A stretch of 42,072 nt of DNA, taken from IMG/VR virus record IMGVR_UViG_3300020231_000007; one strand, 5' to 3'. This DNA comes from a virus. The position numbers were made by a program, and so were the translations under genes. The first letter of the stretch is position 1. Each line of letters begins with the position of its first letter. This document shows, piece after piece, positions 1 through 8,000 of this stretch. The notes beneath the pieces are model-generated. The model saw only the letters and a list, made by a program, of their open reading frames with translations, did no database searches and was not told where the DNA came from.

Positions 1-141
1 TCAGGTTGCCAGTGTCGGCCTGCCAGAAAAGAATGACCAGTTCTCATTGACTCGTAACTTTCGATGGCGCTCCAACGATACAATTTATGTTGCTGAGCGT
101 TACGCAATTAAGAAGAAGAAGAAAACAGCATTCATCTATGA
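1..141. repeat. Terminal overlap: nt 1-141 are identical to nt 41932-42072 (circular closure or terminal redundancy; unit length 41931 bp)
   Basis: Both ends were compared base by base and are identical over all 141 nt. The portal reading frame is continuous across the join. Confidence 0.95.
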
Positions 142-1549
142 CAATATCGAGACAGGTGAGCGTAAAGTAATCGTCAAAGATCAGGTCAAAGGGATTGAAG
201 ATGAGCTGCTAGATATGGGATTCAAAAAGGTTGGCGAAAGGAAGGTGATGGACCAGTGGGTTGAGAAAGCCATTTATTCTGGAACTCAAATGTTGGAGCC
301 ATCGACCAGAATTCCCGGCAAGTTTATCCCCATCATCGCTGTTTATGGCTACCGAACATTCGTTGACGATGCTGAATTCGTCACAGGCTTGATGGATAAC
401 TTCCGTGATGCTCAGCGCCTAGTCAACATGGTGCTGAGTAAGTATGCAGAAATCAGCAGCACCCAGCCTAAAGAGGTGCCGATTTTTACCACAGACCAAG
501 TGGAAGGATTGCAACAACAGTGGGCAACTCAGCATCAGGGTCAAAAACCCTATGCTGTTGTCAAACCAGTCAAGGGTCCAAATGGTGAGATCGCGCACTT
601 GGGTCCAGTTGGAAAACTCACACCACCAGCCGCAGACCAACATGGTCAGATGTTACTCCAATTCTCCAGTGATTTTATCAGGGAAGAAACAGCCGGAGCG
701 CCTCAAGATTTCTCGGATCCTGATGCAAGTGGTATCGCCATTGAGAAAATAATCGAACGAATAAACATGGACCAAAAGCCATTGTTTACCAATATCGAGC
801 GCTCATTAGTCAGATGTGGTGAGGTATATCGATCAATCCGTGCTGATATCGCCCTGACAGATGAAGATGTAACGCTGTTATCTGATGATTTGACAGAGTC
901 AAGAGCGAAAGTTAACGAAGTTATTATGGATGAGGAGTCAGGTAATCTAAAAGTCATCAATGATCTAAGCAAAGGTGAGTTTGAAGTCGTTGTTGACACA
1001 GGTGCCTCCTTCTCAACTCAGCGCAACGAAACTGTTGACAGATTAAGTCGAATGCTTGAAAGCTCCAAAGATCTTCCGGCTATGGCCCCTTACACCGACA
1101 TCATGGCGAACACTATCTTTAGGAACATGGACGGCATTGGTACTGAAGGATTGCAGAAACTAGCCCGAAGACTTGGACTAGAGGGTGGATTCATTGAGCC
1201 TGAAACCCCTGAAGATGAAGATATAGTCCAACAAGCACAGCAAGCCCAAAGCCAGCCTGATCCACAGCAAGAAGCTCAGAACGCATTGTTCACTGCCACT
1301 GCCAAGAAGGAAGAGGCTGAAGCTCAAGAGCGGCAGAGTAAAACGCTACTCAATACTAAAACAGCTGAGAAAACCCAAGCTCAAACAAGAGAGATCCTCG
1401 CAGGCATCGGCCTATCACAAGCACAGTTCGGACAGTCAACACGCGAGAATGCAGACAAGATGACAGCGGAGCGTGACAAGATACGCGCTCAATTTCTAAA
1501 TGAAAGGATTAAAGAAAATGCCCAAGCACCCAGGCAAAACTCAGCATAA
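1..1549 (+). CDS. Portal protein, C-terminal part (P22 gp1-like); same ORF as 41309..42072 across the junction
   Basis: The frame is open from nt 2, so the TTG at 47 in the ORF track is internal. It is in frame with 41309..42072 through the overlap, about 723 aa in total. Segments such as KKKTAFIYDN..TGE, IPIIAVYGYRTFVDD and PETPEDE..QQAQQ plus the Q/E/A-rich tail align by eye with P22 gp1. Confidence 0.9.
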   Translation, partial: QVASVGLPEKNDQFSLTRNFRWRSNDTIYVAERYAIKKKKKTAFIYDNIETGERKVIVKDQVKGIEDELLDMGFKKVGERKVMDQWVEKAIYSGTQMLEPSTRIPGKFIPIIAVYGYRTFVDDAEFVTGLMDNFRDAQRLVNMVLSKYAEISSTQPKEVPIFTTDQVEGLQQQWATQHQGQKPYAVVKPVKGPNGEIAHLGPVGKLTPPAADQHGQMLLQFSSDFIREETAGAPQDFSDPDASGIAIEKIIERINMDQKPLFTNIERSLVRCGEVYRSIRADIALTDEDVTLLSDDLTESRAKVNEVIMDEESGNLKVINDLSKGEFEVVVDTGASFSTQRNETVDRLSRMLESSKDLPAMAPYTDIMANTIFRNMDGIGTEGLQKLARRLGLEGGFIEPETPEDEDIVQQAQQAQSQPDPQQEAQNALFTATAKKEEAEAQERQSKTLLNTKTAEKTQAQTREILAGIGLSQAQFGQSTRENADKMTAERDKIRAQFLNERIKENAQAPRQNSA

Positions 1550-1646
1550 CGTCAGCAAAACAATCCGCAAAGAAAGAAAGGCGGGTGTTCCACAGAAGCA
1601 AGCTGTTGCCATCGCATTAAGCAAAGCTAGCAAGAGGAAGAAATAG
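1518..1646 (+). CDS. Hidden 42-aa lysine-rich protein (below ORF-track cutoff)
   Basis: Sequence MPKHPGKTQHNVSKTIRKERKAGVPQKQAVAIALSKASKRKK. AAGGA lies 9 nt upstream of the ATG. The KQAVAIALSKA tail resembles a widespread small basic protein family, and the ORF is paralogous to the next ORF. Confidence 0.5.
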   Translation: MPKHPGKTQHNVSKTIRKERKAGVPQKQAVAIALSKASKRKK

Positions 1647-1647
1647 C

Positions 1648-1779
1648 ATGTCAACTAAGACTACCAAGTTTAGTCAGCGATTAGCCTGGAATGTTAGAAA
1701 GCAAGTTAAGGCTGGCACTCCAAGAGGTCAGATTATGAAAGCTGCTTTGAATAAAACGAGAGGCAGAAAGGATAAATAG
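1648..1779 (+). CDS. Hidden 43-aa lysine-rich protein, paralog of 1518..1646
   Basis: Sequence MSTKTTKFSQRLAWNVRKQVKAGTPRGQIMKAALNKTRGRKDK. The ATG lies 1 nt after the previous stop. It shares RK..KAG.P..Q...A.L.K with the upstream mini-ORF. Confidence 0.5.
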   Translation: MSTKTTKFSQRLAWNVRKQVKAGTPRGQIMKAALNKTRGRKDK

Positions 1780-1787
1780 AATGCTAC

Positions 1788-1856
1788 GTGCTGCCCATTC
1801 ACTGCTAGCAACATCGGGTTTGGCCACATTCCCGTGAGTTGGCGAGTGGGCAGCAC
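1788..1856 (+). other. Long RNA hairpin between the portal/mini-ORFs and the scaffold gene
   Basis: GTGCTGCCCA (1788-1797) pairs perfectly with TGGGCAGCAC (1847-1856). Inner pairings TTCAC/GTGAG and CGGG/CCCG are possible. No ORF lies in the 153-nt gap 1780-1932. Confidence 0.5.
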
Positions 1857-1932
1857 CAAGAATTTTAAACCAGTGCTACCGACATGCACTTAATAAGATG
1901 TCGAGATCCCTATAAATATTAGGAGGTCCATT

Positions 1933-2811
1933 TTGGACAACGAACAGATAGAAGAAGTACAAGACCAGAGCGCAGTTTCTAGCGAATCAGTTGAGGGTGA
2001 AGGGGGTGGTTCCCCAGAGCTTGAAGGTGAGGCGCTAGAGAAGGCATTAGCTGGTCAAGAGGAATCATCTACCTCAGAACCAAACGAAGCTGATTTAAAA
2101 GCTCACAATCGGAACATGGCATTAGAGCGAATCGAGAATACTAACCGTACCAGACAGGCACAGTTAGCTCGCGAAACAGAACTGAAGTCATTGGAAGATC
2201 TCAAGGCAAAGAATCAGGAACTAGAAAAGCAGATTGCAGGTGATCAGGGTGTTGGTCCGGCTCCAACTATGGAACAAGCAGGACACGACACAGATAAATT
2301 CCAAAGAATGTATTCTGATTGGCATCAAAAACAATCGGAACATAATTTGGAGGCCAACAAGCAAGCTGTGAAGCATGAGATTTCTGAGCAGTTCAAAACA
2401 ATGAACAATCAGAAAACTGATGAACAATTGCAGAATGAGTACCAAGAGACTGTTAGTAAACATTACAAACGAGCTGACGAGATGAAGGTCAGTGACTATC
2501 AGGTGAAAGAAAAGGCTGCAATTGAAGTTCTTGGTGACGGTGTTGTCAATGAAATTATTAACAACTTTCCTGATTCCCAAAAGATTTTATATCACTTGGG
2601 AGCAAGCAAGAAACGAGCTAGTGATTTTGGCGACATATGCAAGAGGAATCCTAATCAAGCTTATGTTGAGCTTGGTAAGATAAGTGAGCGATTGAGTCGG
2701 CTAACAAATAGACCCAGGGCCGTTGAACCTGAAATCCAGATAAGCGGAGCCGGCACGAAAATGCATGGTGAAATGTCTTATAAGGAAATGAGGAAAGAAA
2801 AGGGCCTTTAA
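1933..2811 (+). CDS. Scaffolding protein (positional analog of P22 gp8)
   Basis: TTG start 6 nt after AGGAGG (1921-1926). The product is 292 aa with an acidic N-terminus and a Q/E/K-rich helical composition. It lies between portal and coat. Confidence 0.7.
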   Translation: MDNEQIEEVQDQSAVSSESVEGEGGGSPELEGEALEKALAGQEESSTSEPNEADLKAHNRNMALERIENTNRTRQAQLARETELKSLEDLKAKNQELEKQIAGDQGVGPAPTMEQAGHDTDKFQRMYSDWHQKQSEHNLEANKQAVKHEISEQFKTMNNQKTDEQLQNEYQETVSKHYKRADEMKVSDYQVKEKAAIEVLGDGVVNEIINNFPDSQKILYHLGASKKRASDFGDICKRNPNQAYVELGKISERLSRLTNRPRAVEPEIQISGAGTKMHGEMSYKEMRKEKGL

Positions 2812-2831
2812 TATATTTATAGGTGATTATC

Positions 2832-4136
2832 ATGGCTATTACAGCTGCTAAAGTTATTGACCGAATTTTTAAAGAAGAACTGTTGCGTTTTGAAACTGAC
2901 AACATGACTCTGCGTAATAATAAAATTGAGCGCATGGGTGGAATGGAGTCAAACAGAAATGAAGCTAAAGAGTGGGTTGACAAGCCTGCCATTGCGGTAG
3001 CGCAAGACGGCTTGGATATGACTGATAAGTTTCAGAACTTTACTCACTTGTCCGTTCCTCGCGTTGTCAACACTTATACTAACCATCCATTTGCGTTGCA
3101 GAACACCGATACTCTTGACGAGTATGAGCTGGCTCGTGAGTTACGAGCAGGTTTCCAAGCAATCGGTGCTCGTGTTAACCGTGCGATGGCTATCACTATC
3201 TACAATCAGGGTGCTATTGCAGTCGCAATCGATAATGGTGGCGCTGGCGGTACTCCAATCACGTTTAACGATGTCAACAAGATTAGAACTGCAATGATCG
3301 GCAATGACATTGACATCACTACGCCTAAAACGCTGATGATGAATGTTCGTGATGCCGGTCTGGCTGCTGATGATTTGGCGACTCGACAAACGTTGAACAA
3401 AGGTAGTATTGCAGAGAACGCATACGAGGAAGCTTTCATAGCTCGAATTTCTGGATTGAAGATCTTTGAGACTGGCTTCACTCCTCCTGTGCCTGCCAAT
3501 GGTGCCACTGTAACGGTAGCTGGAGCTGATCAGAACGTTGTTCCAGTATCTGCCACTATCGATGCGAACGGTGATCCTACCAACGTTGACAACCGCTCGC
3601 AAAATCTTGTGGTTGACTCAACTACTGGTGTGGTTGCGGGTGATAAGTTCACTCTTGCTTTAGTGTTCCAAGTCAGCATGATTAACAAAAAGGTTAGCAC
3701 ATCAGTGCTTCAGACTTTCACTGTTAAAAGTGTTGTTGATGCCACTAACCTTGAGATTAGCCCGCAGATCGTTGTTGATCCTGGCACTATTACGGATCAA
3801 GCAACTCAGGCCGAAGCTAACTACGCTAACTGTAGTGTGGCTCCAGCTAATGCTGCTGCTTTGACTTTCTTGAACTTGGTTGAAACTGAGTCCAATTTGT
3901 TTTGGGAAAATGGCGCGGCTGTTCTTAAGACTGCTCCTGTCGTAGGTAGCGAAGATAAGTTAGGGGGGATCATAATCTCTAACGAATCTACGGGTGATGA
4001 TGGTCTTGGATTGAACTTTGTGCTAGCTAAGCAAGGTGATATCAACGACTTCTCAGCCAAATGGCGTTTAACCACTAGGTTTGGTGCCAACTTGGATGAG
4101 CCGGAAAAAGCTGGTGTGTTATTGACTGACCAGTAA
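2832..4136 (+). CDS. Major capsid protein, P22 coat (gp5) type
   Basis: ATG at 2832 follows AGGTGA; the track start at 2823 is less likely. The C-terminal half aligns by eye with P22 gp5 (VDNR.., GDKF.., TF.V.SVVD...EI.P, NLFWEN vs NVFWAD, QGDI..FS). Confidence 0.9.
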   Translation: MAITAAKVIDRIFKEELLRFETDNMTLRNNKIERMGGMESNRNEAKEWVDKPAIAVAQDGLDMTDKFQNFTHLSVPRVVNTYTNHPFALQNTDTLDEYELARELRAGFQAIGARVNRAMAITIYNQGAIAVAIDNGGAGGTPITFNDVNKIRTAMIGNDIDITTPKTLMMNVRDAGLAADDLATRQTLNKGSIAENAYEEAFIARISGLKIFETGFTPPVPANGATVTVAGADQNVVPVSATIDANGDPTNVDNRSQNLVVDSTTGVVAGDKFTLALVFQVSMINKKVSTSVLQTFTVKSVVDATNLEISPQIVVDPGTITDQATQAEANYANCSVAPANAAALTFLNLVETESNLFWENGAAVLKTAPVVGSEDKLGGIIISNESTGDDGLGLNFVLAKQGDINDFSAKWRLTTRFGANLDEPEKAGVLLTDQ

Positions 4137-4146
4137 AACTAAAACC

Positions 4147-4164
4147 GGGGGTCTTCGGATCCCC
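4147..4164 (+). terminator. Stable UUCG-tetraloop hairpin just after the coat gene (attenuator or mRNA-stabiliser candidate)
   Basis: GGGGGTC-TTCG-GATCCCC forms 7 pairs including one G-U. The downstream tract is A-rich rather than T-rich, so this is not a classic intrinsic terminator. Confidence 0.4.
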
Positions 4165-4193
4165 ACCAATTAATTAAAAAAAGGTGGCACACA

Positions 4194-4619
4194 ATGGCCG
4201 ATACAAATGCGATGTTAAACTGGGGTGTTAGAAGTGAGCATAATAAACAGGGGTATGAATTTAAAGAATACCCAAAGATGATCGATGACTTGGATAATCC
4301 AGGCAAGAAATTCGCGATAGGCTCTTTAGAAGAAGAGTTTAAATATTACGATGAGATAACCCCTGAAGGTAGGAAGAAACTAGCAGACAAAGAAGCTGCT
4401 GACCAAGCTAAGAAGCTTGAAGAACTTGAGATGCGCAAAGAACTAGAGCGCAATAAAAACGCTCGTTTGGTTGAAGCTAAGCATGCGGCTGAAGTTACGG
4501 TTAATTCAAAACTAGAAGAAGCCAAGAAGAAAGCGAAGGGGATTATCGCTAAAGAAAAGCGAGAATCAAAGAAGGTTACCGACAACACAGAACTATTCGA
4601 GACCCAAGAGGCAGGTTAA
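4194..4619 (+). CDS. Hypothetical virion-module protein, K/E-rich coiled coil (141 aa)
   Basis: AAGGTGG RBS and tight packing in the structural operon. No family recognised. Confidence 0.65.
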   Translation: MADTNAMLNWGVRSEHNKQGYEFKEYPKMIDDLDNPGKKFAIGSLEEEFKYYDEITPEGRKKLADKEAADQAKKLEELEMRKELERNKNARLVEAKHAAEVTVNSKLEEAKKKAKGIIAKEKRESKKVTDNTELFETQEAG

Positions 4620-5093
4620 ATGTCAATAGCTAAGCAGATTATTCAGGGCGCGTTACGGTTTAGGGGGTCTGATTCGTCAGCCGCCCCTGCCGATACGACG
4701 CTATATGCAGATGCCTTTCCTTATCTGCTTGGCTTGATTGCGCGATTGGAAACCGAAGGCATTACCACAGGTTTGACAGTGCCCGTTACTATTGATGATG
4801 AGCTGGCTGAGAATGTCGATGTCACTCTTCCTTTGATTTCTAACTTAGCTGTCAGTCTTCTATTTATAAGAAAGCCGATTGATGCCGATCAGTACTCTGC
4901 TGCTAACATAGATAAAATTAACCTCAGCGCAACTTATGGAAACGCCGGCGTTATACCACAACAATTATTTCCAACGACTACGCCCAAGGGTGAAGGGAAT
5001 TTCACTAGCCCATGGCGTCCTGAATTCTTTTCGAATCCAGATGCGGTGCTTAATAATCAGAACGGCGTGATTACCATCGAAGGTGACTGTTAA
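4620..5093 (+). CDS. Head-tail adaptor, P22 gp4-like
   Basis: 157 aa. The N-terminal ..IIQGALRFRG.. and C-terminal P.G.GN.....FF motifs resemble P22 gp4 (166 aa), and the position after the coat module matches. Confidence 0.65.
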   Translation: MSIAKQIIQGALRFRGSDSSAAPADTTLYADAFPYLLGLIARLETEGITTGLTVPVTIDDELAENVDVTLPLISNLAVSLLFIRKPIDADQYSAANIDKINLSATYGNAGVIPQQLFPTTTPKGEGNFTSPWRPEFFSNPDAVLNNQNGVITIEGDC

Positions 5094-8000
5094 TGCCACG
5101 AATAAGTGATCTAAATAAAGTAACAGAGCTTAATGATACTGATCTGTTTTTGATTCAGTTGGGCAACGGTCCTAGTCGGGCTATCACCTTTGCCGATCTT
5201 CAGTTAGAGATATTGATGGGTGGCGGTGGCGGTGGCGGCAACATGACGTTTGTTGGCTCGACTCCTGTTACTGTTGGCTTCTTCCCTGTATTCCAAGACA
5301 CGAGCGGAAACAATTACGAATCTAGCGTTGTATCATCCAATCAGATAGTCACGAACGCGGGCGACATTGCTACCAATACATCTTTGATATCAAGCCTGCA
5401 AACACAGGTCGCACTCAAGCAGGACAAGTCACCTATCGATGGCATCAACTACGTGCTACTCAATGGTGACATTGATGCGTTAGTCATTGCGAGCACACCG
5501 GGCTTACAAGATGCATTGGATCTAAAAATTGAGGGCCCTGCTACTGCCACTGATTCAGCCATAGTCCAATACGATGGTACCACAGGAAAGCTTGCGAAAG
5601 ACGGTCCTGTATTTGGCTCTTCAACTGGCGATGCAATCCTGTTAGAAGATGTGAGCGGCAACCCTGGTCTACCGGCTGTTGATGGATCTCAGTTAACTAA
5701 TCTACTTCAAGAAGTACCATTATCTTATTCGTTCAATACGTCTGTATCTGCCTCAGATCCTGGCCTGGGTTTTGTATCGCTTAGTAGTGCTGATCCAGAT
5801 CTCGCTGACACAATGTTCATCTCTACGCAAGATCGTAGGGGTGCAGACATGTCGGAGTTGATAGATCAGCTCGATACAAACTCTAAAATATTCGTTGCTA
5901 ATGACAGTGATTCAACTTTTTCGGTGCTGTACAACGTCACTGGCAAGCCTGTATTGGCCGGTAATTTTTACACTATCAGTATCTTTTTTGTTGGCACTTC
6001 ATCTCCTGGTCAACCTTCATCAAATGACAGCATGTCTTTAACGATCGACAACAGCGAAGCTCTTAATCGTCGAATAAACGAGGAAGCAAGCAGCAAGATA
6101 ATTCCTGGCAGCGGTGGTGCGCTTAGCATTGATTCTCCCGGTGTTCCTCCCGGTGAATCTTTTAGTGTTACTGCGGGTAAAGCTAGAATAACCAACATTG
6201 ACACTACACAAACCGATGTTAACTTCGGTCCGTTCAATGGCGTAACGATAACGACAACTACTGACACAGCTTTATTATTTATTAATAGCTCTGGAATACT
6301 TGTTCAAAAAGAAGCGCCATCCCCTAACGATATGCGCACACTTGCCTTGCTGGGGTTTGCAACCAAGGATCCGACCACAGGATTATTAGTTTTAGTTGGA
6401 GAATTTCCCCCATCTGTTTATCAAACGTATGCCCATATATCCGATATTGGTTTTCTTATTTCTGGTGCTGCCGATTCAACTGCTAGGATCGATGATGCCG
6501 AAGTCGCCGATACTTCTTTCCAGAGATTTGCAGGCAAAGGTTATTCTTTCCTAGGGAATCTAACTACTGATGTAAACGCACCAAGCGAGATTGATATACC
6601 TGCGCTAAGCCCAACAACATTTCGAACTTATTTATTTGACGGCGTTGTTGAGAATGTTATCTACTCTGGTTTGGGCACTGATACTTTAATTGATCCAACT
6701 GTTTTTGATAACTTGTCAGGCGCACTGGTTACGATGCCAGGGAACAACAGTCAATCCCAGATAATAAGGGTGTTCTGGCAGCCGAACGCTCTCACAGGTC
6801 CAGAGATTAGGATCATCCATGGCCAGGAGTTGTTTGCTAATCTAGCCGAAGCGGTGAATGGCTTAGCGTCATACTTTCCAGTCATCCCAAGCCAGGTTGA
6901 ATTAAGCTCGATTGACTTGGGCGGAATTGTTGTCAGGAAAGGTGCTAGTGACTTCACTGACACAGGCCATGCGGTATTTTTTAGACGCTCGCAGATATCC
7001 GGCGGCGGTGGTGGATCCGTGCAACAGTCGATGCAAGACACCTATCAAAATTCTTTGCAGCCTCAGATCACAACAGCCGTTGGTGATGGAGCCATACAGT
7101 TCAAAGATGGGCAAGCAGATGATTCGCTAGCTATCTTTGAGATACTCGATGAGAATGACACGGTAGCGCTTAAGGTAACTGGAGCGGGTGTAACAACAGC
7201 TAGGGGTCTAGACAGTGTAAACACCGGCGTAATCTTTATGAGTGGCCCTGTTACCCTTGATACGGTGACCACTGTTGATATCCCGGCTATCGATGGGTTA
7301 ATAATTAATGGTTATGACGACTATTTAAATATACTAACAACAGAAGTTAAGTTTCCTGGTCAACTTGGTTTTACTATTCCCAATTTAGGAACCGAACAAG
7401 ATACCTATTTATTCATAGATAGCTCTAGCAATTTACAAACTCAGAATACATCACCAACGCCAGCGCAAAGACGTACCAACGTTTATTTCGCTAGCACTCT
7501 GAACAATACGAATACAGCAGAGATTCTAGCTGTTCTAAATGCTCCGGTGGTGGCTGGCAATGTTGCGGAATCTTTCAAAGATCGGGAAAATTTCCAAGGC
7601 ATATTAGGAGACGGTGGTGGTGTAGAGCAAACTTTTGATACTGGTACAAACGGCTTGCTGGCTATGGAAGTTGGCCAGCTAGACATCTACTTAGCAAATG
7701 TGAATTGGCATGCATCAAAGACTAACCCCAACACTACTGCTTTTATAGCCCAAGATCCTGTCGTATTTAATTACATGTTACAGGACGGTAGTCTATCGGG
7801 TGGTGCGGTCACCTTAATTGAGCCTGGCAGTTATGATGTCGGTGGGGTCAAGACGACTATTCCGGGCAACAATGCGCGGTCTACTATCCAGTACATTTGG
7901 AAGTTGATTGACGGATCTCACATAGTTCAATTTGGCCAAGACTTCTATACCGATTTCGATGATGCCTTAAACGCGGTAGCGCTCGATCGACAATTGCGAG

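Noticed and set aside
419-999. Nested and antisense ORFs inside the portal gene (419..643, 444..752, 703..999), and similar ones inside coat, fibre, ejection-protein and terL genes (for example 3141..3602, 8665..9081, 15511..15993, 17066..17485, 40020..40631)
   Set aside because: They lie wholly inside long, homology-supported genes on the other strand or in another frame. They lack RBSs and have skewed low-complexity compositions.
4147-4164. The hairpin after the coat gene as a strong rho-independent terminator
   Set aside because: The stem and UUCG loop are good, but no U-tract follows on the + strand. It is kept only as a possible attenuator or stability element with low confidence.
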